A stretch of 44,480 nt of DNA from a virus: positions 1-44,480 of IMG/VR virus record IMGVR_UViG_3300048785_000093; one strand, given 5' to 3'. How positions within the stretch are numbered: position 1 is the stretch's first letter; the number at the start of each line of letters is the position of its first letter. The position numbers were made by a program, and so were the translations under genes. The notes beneath the pieces were generated by a model. It searched no databases, was not told the DNA's origin, and worked only from the letters and a program-made list of their open reading frames with translations. Below, in pieces: positions 16,776 through 24,286 of the stretch.

Positions 16776-17144
16776 ATGAACACTTTAATTACATTTGAAA
16801 CTGGATGGCAGCGGTTCAGGTCCCGTTACCTGCCAGCAACCAAACAAGATCTGAAAGAAATGGAGAATCGTATCAACATGAAAATTCAAGACGCCATTGA
16901 CATCCTGACCACATTAAGCACCGCCAGCGATGGACTGAGTGTGAAGGTGGACAAACTCGTCATCGACACAAACGCGCTGATTGCGGAACTTGGCAATCCC
17001 ACCGCCCTTACCCCTGAGCAGCAGGCTGCTGTTGCGAAAGCGCAGGCTTCCGCGACCGCCGCCGCCGCCGAGGGTGACAAGGTGGACGCTGCCATTGCCG
17101 CCGCCGACGCCGTGCTGCCGACGCCTGCCCCCGCGGGTGCATAG
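16776..17144 (+). CDS. Hypothetical Ala-rich helical protein (122 aa)
   Basis: ORF bracketed by two strong hairpins. Confidence 0.45.
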   Translation: MNTLITFETGWQRFRSRYLPATKQDLKEMENRINMKIQDAIDILTTLSTASDGLSVKVDKLVIDTNALIAELGNPTALTPEQQAAVAKAQASATAAAAEGDKVDAAIAAADAVLPTPAPAGA

Positions 17145-17155
17145 TAAAAACAAAT

Positions 17156-17183
17156 GGTGTGGACGCCTTACGGCGTCCACACC
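17156..17183 (+). terminator. Strong hairpin GGTGTGGACGCC-ttac-GGCGTCCACACC (12-bp stem)
   Basis: Perfect inverted repeat 12 nt after the stop at 17144. No clear U-tract follows. Confidence 0.5.
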
Positions 17184-17210
17184 AATCAACAAACAAATGA
17201 AAGGAAACAT

Positions 17211-17840
17211 ATGTCATTGTTAACAATTCTCTACTGGGTAATTCTGGTCCTATCGCTGATAGGCTGGTTTGCTCCACCGACGTGGCCGCACGGGATTTAC
17301 ATCAGGGGCGGATCGGCGGTGGCCTTATTTATCATCATCGGACTGCGCGTGTTTCGCACGGCGGTTCAGGTGGTGGCCATTGGCTTTATCCTGGGGGGAA
17401 TGGTCACATTAACCGGCTGCATGTCGGCCACAAACCGCAACATCGTGGCGGTCAAATCCACGGTGCTGGGGTTTGACGTGTCGTCGGATCCGCAATCGCA
17501 GATTCCGCACGTGCGCCTGGGGCTGGTGCGGAACTTTTACCAGGTGATTCCGGTGGCCATTGCCACCAGCAACAACGCGGCGAGCGTGCAGACGCCGAAT
17601 TACGCCACGAGTATGGCGGCGGACATGGGGCTGACGAGCCAGCAGGGGGCAGAGGAGTTTGCCACGGGCAACGCGGCGGATTTGCAGACGAAGGCCAACA
17701 CGACGGCGCAAATCGGCGCGGCCAAATTGCGCGGGACGGCGCTGGTGCTGACGCCCAGCACGATTGCGGCGAATGTGCCGGCGGTGCTGCCGCTGGTTAC
17801 GAACGCTGTGCCCGTGATCACGGGCACGAACGCGCCTTGA
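17211..17840 (+). CDS. Membrane protein with an internal lipobox (LTGC); spanin-like candidate
   Basis: ATG at 17211 follows AAAGGAAACAT. The track start at 17154 lies inside the terminator hairpin. Hydrophobic segments are followed by MVTLTGCMSATN. Confidence 0.5.
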   Translation: MSLLTILYWVILVLSLIGWFAPPTWPHGIYIRGGSAVALFIIIGLRVFRTAVQVVAIGFILGGMVTLTGCMSATNRNIVAVKSTVLGFDVSSDPQSQIPHVRLGLVRNFYQVIPVAIATSNNAASVQTPNYATSMAADMGLTSQQGAEEFATGNAADLQTKANTTAQIGAAKLRGTALVLTPSTIAANVPAVLPLVTNAVPVITGTNAP

Positions 17841-17843
17841 ATT

Positions 17844-18320
17844 ATGGAACTCGTGAAAGTGGCGATCTGGACGCAGCACCCCGGCGACGTGCTGGGCGAC
17901 GCGATTGATTTCGTCACGCATGGTTGCGCCCAACACGCCGGGTTTATCCGCGGCAATGGGCGCATCCATGAGCTTTACCCGCCCCAAGTGCGCGACCGGG
18001 ACATTGCGGACGGCGAACGGCCGTTCCTTAAAACATTCGACCCCGAGGGGCTGACGGATGGTTTGAGCGCGAAACTGGAGCGGCACTTTGATGCGGTGCT
18101 GGAATGGACCGCCAAAGGCGACGGCATCAGCTATTCAGTTGAGGATTTGTTCCGGATCTGGCTGAACATTCCCAAGCCGCCGGACGGCCAGATGGTGTGC
18201 AGCCAGTATGTTTTCCACATGCTGCGGATGATAGGTCTGCCGCCACTGGTCCGCTGTGATGAGGATTTTATCAGCCCGCGCGACTTGTGGATCAGCCCGA
18301 GACTGGAGGACCGCACATGA
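17844..18320 (+). CDS. Permuted papain-like (YiiX/C92, NlpC/P60-related) amidase; endolysin candidate
   Basis: His precedes Cys (CAQHAGFIRGNGRIHELY ... MVCSQYVFHML ... ISPRDLW), as in permuted NlpC/P60 enzymes. Located in the lysis module. Confidence 0.55.
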   Translation: MELVKVAIWTQHPGDVLGDAIDFVTHGCAQHAGFIRGNGRIHELYPPQVRDRDIADGERPFLKTFDPEGLTDGLSAKLERHFDAVLEWTAKGDGISYSVEDLFRIWLNIPKPPDGQMVCSQYVFHMLRMIGLPPLVRCDEDFISPRDLWISPRLEDRT

Positions 18321-18400
18321 TCAGCGCCATGTTGATAGTGCTTTTGTTCTCGGCGTTGGTGCTTTGCCTGGCGCTAACATTTCACATTTTGCGAAAATGA
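18317..18400 (+). CDS. 27-aa hydrophobic micro-ORF, ATGA-coupled on both sides
   Basis: Hand translation: MISAMLIVLLFSALVLCLALTFHILRK. Its start overlaps the stop of 17844..18320 and its stop overlaps the ATG at 18397. Confidence 0.4.
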   Translation: MISAMLIVLLFSALVLCLALTFHILRK

Positions 18401-19236
18401 GACTATTTACAATGCCGGACGGGCAGAAGCTGAACCCGGATGAAGTGACCGGGGTGGCGGCTGCCAAGCGGGTGGTGACGGTGCAACGCACCAGCGACGC
18501 CGGCGGCGCGGCATACACCTTTACCGCGGCCACGCCGGCCGTGGCGCGGGCGGTGGCAAAGCAGATACAGGACATCGCCGCCGGTTGGTGCAATAGCACG
18601 GACGTAAAGGCTTTCAGCGTGGCCGGAGCGGTGGGCACGGCCACGTGGAGCAGCGTCCTGCCCGCCACACTGCCGCTGGGAACGGCCTTTACCGTAAGGC
18701 TGAAGGGGACGGGTTTTATGGCGCTGCGCCGATCGCTCACGCATCTGGGCTTTGGCTTGAGCAACCCGCCCACCTATACCTACGGGCCGGGCCAGTGGCA
18801 GGCCGATTCCGACGGTCAAATTTCCATATTCAGTGTGACATTGCCGGCCGGCGCAACGCCCGGGACCTACAAGGTTTATTATTCCACCAACGGCGGCAGC
18901 ACGTGGACGGACACGGGATTGACGGTGACTGTCAACGCCGGAACAGTGTGGACGAGCATCACGCCTTCAAACTTGACCGGAAATGTGAACAACCCCGAAT
19001 TCACGATTGCCGGCTCCGGATTTTCAGGTTCTGGAATAAACGCAATCAAACTCTCGCAGGGGATTCTTTCCGGGGAATGGTTGACAACGATGACAACGAT
19101 GGCAGTAGCGACGGACACAAGCATTGTGCTTAACGCCGATATTTTCTATATGTTTCCCTCCACCTACCAACTTTATTATTCCTGCAACTCCGGAATGACC
19201 TGGACAAACACGGGCTTGAGCGTGACGGCAACATGA
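18397..19236 (+). CDS. Structural protein with two Ig-like (IPT/TIG-like) repeats
   Basis: Duplicated segments end YKVYYSTNGGSTWTDTGLTVTV and YQLYYSCNSGMTWTNTGLSVTA. The upstream part of track ORF 18256 overlaps the amidase gene and looks non-coding. Confidence 0.5.
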   Translation: MRLFTMPDGQKLNPDEVTGVAAAKRVVTVQRTSDAGGAAYTFTAATPAVARAVAKQIQDIAAGWCNSTDVKAFSVAGAVGTATWSSVLPATLPLGTAFTVRLKGTGFMALRRSLTHLGFGLSNPPTYTYGPGQWQADSDGQISIFSVTLPAGATPGTYKVYYSTNGGSTWTDTGLTVTVNAGTVWTSITPSNLTGNVNNPEFTIAGSGFSGSGINAIKLSQGILSGEWLTTMTTMAVATDTSIVLNADIFYMFPSTYQLYYSCNSGMTWTNTGLSVTAT

Positions 19237-21938
19237 GCACATACCGGACATCATCGCAGATGGATGAACCGCAGGAGCGGGCGCACGAGGCGTATTGGGC
19301 CAACGCGATGCTCAAGAGCGGCATTTTGTGGAACGGAGTGAACAACCGCATGCCGATGGACAAGCTGCCGCCGGGCCTCATTAACGACGGCCAGAACACC
19401 CGGATGCGGAATGGCGACATCGAGCCGCGGCTGGGCGTGGTGAAACCGGGCTGGCTCAACCATGTATCGCCGGGTGTGGACAATAATATCCGGCCGGCGG
19501 GAACAACCTTGAACGGCGCGGGCATCTTCCGCGACCCGAATTCCACGGAATGGACGCTGGTGGCGGCGGACGCGAGGGTTTATGCGTGCCGGCCCAACAA
19601 CGCGCGCCAGGCATTGGCATTGCCGGAGGGCGTTGAATTGCTCGGACCCTGTTATTTCGCCCAGGCATTTGACCGCATGTTCATCTTTCGAGGCCGTTAT
19701 CTGGCACCGCTGGTGATGGAGAACATTGACGCCGGGTTCATTGACCTGATCCCGCACTGGAAAAGCGCCGCGCTCTATAACACGGACATTCTGGCGGTGG
19801 AACAACCCGCGGATGAGATCGCCTATGGGCCGTTTCTGACGATCTCCAGCCTCACAAGCGTGGCGGACGTTGCCACGGTGGTGACGAACCTCGAACACGG
19901 CTACGTGACGGGAGCGGACATCACCATCACCGGCGCGAACCAGGCGAGCTACAATGGGCGGTTCAACATCACCGTTCTGGACCCGCACACGTTTACGTAT
20001 CAATTTACAGGCAACGCCACGCCGACCGCTACGGGGACGGCGATCAAATGCAGCAACATGGGCAACTATTGGAAGGCGGCCGGCAGCCGGGTGACGCTGA
20101 CCACGCTCACGCGCGGGGGCTCTGGAAACAGCACGGCCACGGCCACCAAGACGAACCATGGCTTTACCAGCGGCCAATACGTGACGATTTCCGGCGCGGA
20201 CCAGGCGGCCTACAACGGCACGTTTCCAATTTTTGTAACGAATACCGGCGTGTTCACCTACGACATGGGGGCGGATCCGGGCGCGGACGCCACGGGCAGC
20301 GCCATTTACGCGCAGACCAGCATCGTGTTTGCCGGCCAAAGCCCGGACAGCAATCCGGAGGCCTGGCAACAGCTTTACGACGTGCTGCCCAATGCCGACG
20401 ACGCGCTCTTCGTGAATAACATGCTGCTGGTGCCCACGGCCTACACGCCGGGCGCGGCGGGCTACGATAGCACGAGCAGCTATGCCAAGAAGGACTACAT
20501 CGTGGCCACGAATTACCTGGACTACATCCATTTCCAGTTTGTGGACGAGTTCCGGATCAACCAGGGCGACGATTCGGAGATTGAATGTCTGGCCAAATAC
20601 GACAACAACACGGTGATCGTGTGCAAAGGCCGTTGCTGGGGCATCTTGAGCGGGTTGAGCCAGGACCTCTCGCAACTGACGTTCGATTTGCGCGGCGGCT
20701 ATTACGGGGCGTGCGCGCCGCGCAGCGCGATTGCCGCCGGCAAGAATGTGTATTTCCCAGTCACGCAACGCGGGGTCGTCAGCCTTAACCAGACGGTGCA
20801 GGGCCTGATCCAGAGCGTGGACGTGGCATTGAGCAACGACGTGGACAAGTGGATACGGCGGATCGCCTGGCTGCTGGCGGACCTGATACGGCTGGCGTGG
20901 TGGAACGATTGCCTTTACGTGGCAGCGCCGCTGGACGGGGGCACGCTGGGCCCGCTGAAAGGCGTGAACAACGCGCTGCTGGTCTATGATTTCCGCACCC
21001 AGCAATGGGCGGGCATGGACACCGGCGGGGCGATCTGCCCCAAGGAATTTTTCACGGCGCAATATTGCGGGCGGGAACGGCTTTTCTTTATCGGGTTCGA
21101 CGGCTGGGTGAATATGGTGGAGGAAGCCACCAGCGGCGACCAGGTGGAGGACAGCAGTGGCGCGAACGGCTTGAGCTTCGCGGACATCGAGATGCGGGCG
21201 GTGATTGGCGGGGACGTCTTCGGCCAGGTGAACATGAAACGGTTTCCCATGGCCGAGCTGGCGCTGGCAAGCTGGAACGCCAAATTCTCCATAACGGCCA
21301 GCACAGGCACGGGCACGAGCGGGATGAAGCAGCAAAAGGCGGTGGCGGCGGACATGGAATTTGACCGGCTGAAATATCTCAAACCATTTGACCGGGTGCC
21401 CTACAGCGGCGACAACGCGAACGGCGATTTTAACGAGCCTGACCGGGGCGATTACAGCGTGGCGCTGGGCGGGACACAGACACTGCCATTTGAGATAAGA
21501 AACGGGGTGCTGGTTCCACTGCCAAACAGCAAGGTGCTGAAGATGTGGGACACCGGCAAAACCGCGTGGCAATTCCTGAGGATCGTCAATGACGCGCCCC
21601 AGATTACGGACCGGAACCTGCCAAACGGAGACGTGGTGACGCCACCAGACCCAGCGGTTTTGATCATGTGGGATGACGGCAAAAGCGCGTGGCAATATTT
21701 CCAGATCGTAAACGGCATATACCAGATTACGGACTACTACGGGCTGCTGACTCCACCGCCGCAGCCAGCGGTTGTTATTCCGCCGCTGCCGCAGTTCCCG
21801 TTTGCAAGCAACAACGGTCAAATCGTTCCTGTTTTCGACGGAAACGGAACTTTGATCGGGGTGAAATTGTGGGATGCCGGCTTAAATAAATTCGTCACAT
21901 GGACGAGCGTAAATGGCCAACTCCAAAACGACGCATGA
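19233..21938 (+). CDS. Large virion/tail structural protein (901 aa) with internal repeats
   Basis: Two ~65-aa repeats (HGYVTGADITITGANQASYNGRFNITV / HGFTSGQYVTISGADQAAYNGTFPIFV) and three C-terminal (L/I)xMWDxGKxAWQ...IVN...QITD repeats. Confidence 0.6.
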   Translation: MSTYRTSSQMDEPQERAHEAYWANAMLKSGILWNGVNNRMPMDKLPPGLINDGQNTRMRNGDIEPRLGVVKPGWLNHVSPGVDNNIRPAGTTLNGAGIFRDPNSTEWTLVAADARVYACRPNNARQALALPEGVELLGPCYFAQAFDRMFIFRGRYLAPLVMENIDAGFIDLIPHWKSAALYNTDILAVEQPADEIAYGPFLTISSLTSVADVATVVTNLEHGYVTGADITITGANQASYNGRFNITVLDPHTFTYQFTGNATPTATGTAIKCSNMGNYWKAAGSRVTLTTLTRGGSGNSTATATKTNHGFTSGQYVTISGADQAAYNGTFPIFVTNTGVFTYDMGADPGADATGSAIYAQTSIVFAGQSPDSNPEAWQQLYDVLPNADDALFVNNMLLVPTAYTPGAAGYDSTSSYAKKDYIVATNYLDYIHFQFVDEFRINQGDDSEIECLAKYDNNTVIVCKGRCWGILSGLSQDLSQLTFDLRGGYYGACAPRSAIAAGKNVYFPVTQRGVVSLNQTVQGLIQSVDVALSNDVDKWIRRIAWLLADLIRLAWWNDCLYVAAPLDGGTLGPLKGVNNALLVYDFRTQQWAGMDTGGAICPKEFFTAQYCGRERLFFIGFDGWVNMVEEATSGDQVEDSSGANGLSFADIEMRAVIGGDVFGQVNMKRFPMAELALASWNAKFSITASTGTGTSGMKQQKAVAADMEFDRLKYLKPFDRVPYSGDNANGDFNEPDRGDYSVALGGTQTLPFEIRNGVLVPLPNSKVLKMWDTGKTAWQFLRIVNDAPQITDRNLPNGDVVTPPDPAVLIMWDDGKSAWQYFQIVNGIYQITDYYGLLTPPPQPAVVIPPLPQFPFASNNGQIVPVFDGNGTLIGVKLWDAGLNKFVTWTSVNGQLQNDA

Positions 21939-22156
21939 AAAATCTGTGGACCATTCCGATGCTGCTTTGGCTGACATTTTCGGCGGCGGCCAACGCGCTT
22001 GGTCAGACGCGCCATGACCACTCTCTTGACCATCCTCTGCCTCGCCTTCCGGGCTGGATGCCCTACAGGCAGGAAGCCCTACAGGCAGGAAGCCCTACGG
22101 GCCGGAAGCCGTCCTGCTCGCGCCGTGGGCGGTGGGGAAAACAATTTGAATTATGA
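21935..22156 (+). CDS. Possible 73-aa exported protein containing a 16-bp tandem repeat
   Basis: ATGA overlap with the upstream gene. The N-terminus is MKNLWTIPMLLWLTFSAAANA. The remainder is low complexity and partly repeat-encoded. Confidence 0.35.
   Translation: MKNLWTIPMLLWLTFSAAANALGQTRHDHSLDHPLPRLPGWMPYRQEALQAGSPTGRKPSCSRRGRWGKQFEL
22060..22107 (+). repeat. Three tandem copies of the 16-bp unit GCCCTACAGGCAGGAA (third copy has 2 mismatches)
   Basis: Read directly. The unit length is not a multiple of 3. Confidence 0.9.
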
Positions 22157-24072
22157 AAACTAAACTATCGGTCCTGTTTTTGACAATGCTGCTGGCACTC
22201 GCAGGAACAATGAACCTGCGCGCGGTGAGCAATGCGAGTGGCGTAATGAATGACATTTCCACGCTGTTTATCGTTGCGCCGACGAATGCGTGGGAGATCT
22301 GGGAGGGCGACCCGGCGGTTGTCCAGTTCTGGGTGGACATGATGACCTTGCACGGAAACGGCACGAACTGGGTGAACCTCAACTATACCAACCTTGTTGT
22401 CACCAACGGGACAACTGTTCCAGTGGGTTATCCATCAGACAGGATCGTTGTTGGAGACGCCAACGACGATTGGATTTCCCTATTTTCACCGAACGACAAT
22501 GCCTACATTGGAATTTTAATGGGGCCGAACAACGCCCCGCGCAGCGAGGGCCTTTATTACAAGAGTGGAATACTTGGTATTTATCACCAGTCGCACACAT
22601 TTGGGTCTTTCGACCAGAACGGAATCTTTAATCTGTTCTACGGAATAAATTTTCCGGCTGGTGGAGAAAACCTGCTGGGCCCGTCAAGTTATCCTGTAGG
22701 CTACACAAAGAGCGCACAGATTCCATTTGTTGGCGGGTCTGCGTCCAGCATGGATGACCTGCCGCCGTCTGCCCTGGCGGTTGCAAACAACATGCCGGTG
22801 CCGGTCTTCAAGTTTGCGGCGAATCTTAACGACAACTTTTCACTGACGAATTTCAACCAGCGCGAGATTACCAACATCATTCCACAGCTTGCTTTTCTTG
22901 AAGGCTTTTTGGAAGCGAACGGGACACCCTCGGTTTGCACCATTGACAGTCATTGGACTCATCCCAATCGGGATACAAACGGTTTTATAACGTGGGACAC
23001 CAATGCCTTTCCCAAAGGAATTCCGTGGCTGGCCGCATTCCTGCATACCAACCACTGGAACCTGGAACTGGACCTTTACTACATGCCCGGTTTCTTGAAT
23101 GCAACCAATATCCAGATTGTGACTGATAGCGCGTTCTATCAGGAGATGACTCCAATGACCGTCCAAAAAGACATCGGCCTGATCCATAGCTGGGGAGTAG
23201 ATGGCATTCGCGCCGAGGACAACGTTCTTGATTCTGGCTATCAGCAGCAACTCATGTTGCAAGTCTCCGCAGCCTGCGTCTCTCCAAAAGGACTTGTATT
23301 TAACGACCCCATAAATCAGACCTATCCCAGGCCGATGTATTCCGGCGCTCTTATTCAAAACCCGCCAAATCCAAACTGGTCATCCTGGCTTAATGAAGTT
23401 GGGAACGACGGCTTTGAATATCCTCCGCCTGCGGCAGCCACCACGTGGTTCCTTATAGACATGTGGAATGCGCGGGTGGACTGGACTAATTACGTTCCCG
23501 GAACATCAAGGGGACACTATTTCGACATTGGCCAGTTCAGTTCCTCCGTAGTTAACTACGGACTTCCGGATGCGCGAATAATACTTTCTTCATCCGCCAT
23601 GTTTTACAGCGTGTTGGGATTTGCGGGAAGCACCAACTATCCTTTTATAAGCCTTTCAATTACAAACAGTATGTTGTCCAACACAAACTGGCTTGCAATC
23701 CGAAATGACCCGCTGTTTGCCCACACAGTAAAAATTTACGACGGCGGAATTCTTTCGACTTCTGTATGGGCACGGCCACTTGCTTCCGCCGGCGCGGCGG
23801 TGTGGATGGTGAATGAGACAGGGGTGCCAGTAACACAGTCCATTCAGTTCTCCCAACTGGGAGCGTTACCAACAGCTACTTACGACGTTATTGACTGCTG
23901 GTCAAATGCTGTTGACCTTGGAAATTTTACCGGCGGATTTACCAACACAATTCCTGCATATGACTGTGGGTTATACCAGTTCAAGCCAGTGGCAACCGAC
24001 GTTTCAACAACAGGCGTTAAAGTTTATGCGCACCTGACCAACGGCGTGGCAACGTGGACGAGTTCACCCTGA
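22153..24072 (+). CDS. GH27/clan GH-D alpha-galactosidase-like protein with an N-terminal signal peptide
   Basis: CTIDSHWTHPNRDTNGFITWDTNAFPKGIPWLAAFLHTNHW parallels the GH27 segment IDDCW...RD..G.L..D...FP.GI..LA.Y.H. SWGVDGIRAEDN parallels WGVDLLKFDGC. The N-terminus is MKTKLSVLFLTMLLALAGTMNLRAVSNA. Confidence 0.65.
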   Translation: MKTKLSVLFLTMLLALAGTMNLRAVSNASGVMNDISTLFIVAPTNAWEIWEGDPAVVQFWVDMMTLHGNGTNWVNLNYTNLVVTNGTTVPVGYPSDRIVVGDANDDWISLFSPNDNAYIGILMGPNNAPRSEGLYYKSGILGIYHQSHTFGSFDQNGIFNLFYGINFPAGGENLLGPSSYPVGYTKSAQIPFVGGSASSMDDLPPSALAVANNMPVPVFKFAANLNDNFSLTNFNQREITNIIPQLAFLEGFLEANGTPSVCTIDSHWTHPNRDTNGFITWDTNAFPKGIPWLAAFLHTNHWNLELDLYYMPGFLNATNIQIVTDSAFYQEMTPMTVQKDIGLIHSWGVDGIRAEDNVLDSGYQQQLMLQVSAACVSPKGLVFNDPINQTYPRPMYSGALIQNPPNPNWSSWLNEVGNDGFEYPPPAAATTWFLIDMWNARVDWTNYVPGTSRGHYFDIGQFSSSVVNYGLPDARIILSSSAMFYSVLGFAGSTNYPFISLSITNSMLSNTNWLAIRNDPLFAHTVKIYDGGILSTSVWARPLASAGAAVWMVNETGVPVTQSIQFSQLGALPTATYDVIDCWSNAVDLGNFTGGFTNTIPAYDCGLYQFKPVATDVSTTGVKVYAHLTNGVATWTSSP

Positions 24073-24076
24073 CCAC

Positions 24077-24277
24077 ATGAACGGATTTTATCTCAACAAC
24101 GGCAAGGGCGGCCTGAATCTCGGCCAATACCAGGAGTTTTTCCTGCGGCCCAGCCTCAAGACGCTGCAGGGCCGCTACCCGGTGCTGACGTTTGTGAACA
24201 CGCGCGGGCGGCTGGTGATCAAGGCCGTGCTGCCCGTGAGCGAGGCCGGCCCTCGCAGAATGGGCATCCAAATTTGA
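24077..24277 (+). CDS. Hypothetical protein (66 aa)
   Basis: ORF between the GH27-like gene and a tail-fibre gene. Confidence 0.4.
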   Translation: MNGFYLNNGKGGLNLGQYQEFFLRPSLKTLQGRYPVLTFVNTRGRLVIKAVLPVSEAGPRRMGIQI

Positions 24278-24286
24278 AATGATTTT

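Noticed and set aside
17154-17210. Upstream extension of the lipobox-protein ORF (MVWTPYGVHTNQQ...)
   Set aside because: The extension is encoded by the 12-bp terminator-like hairpin itself. ATG 17211, preceded by AAAGGAAACAT, starts directly at the hydrophobic N-terminus.
21533-21735. DNA-level repeat in the 901-aa gene, considered as a template/variable-region pair of a diversity-generating retroelement
   Set aside because: The differences between copies are not restricted to adenine positions, and no reverse transcriptase gene is present anywhere in the genome. It is simple domain duplication.
19251-21821. 856-aa ORF on the minus strand
   Set aside because: It lies antisense to the 901-aa structural gene. 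The translation is Arg/His/Val/Gln-rich with no motifs. This is the typical shadow ORF of a high-G+C coding region.
22060-22107. Tandem repeat considered as a CRISPR array
   Set aside because: The 16-bp units are contiguous with no spacers, there are only three copies, and there are no cas genes.
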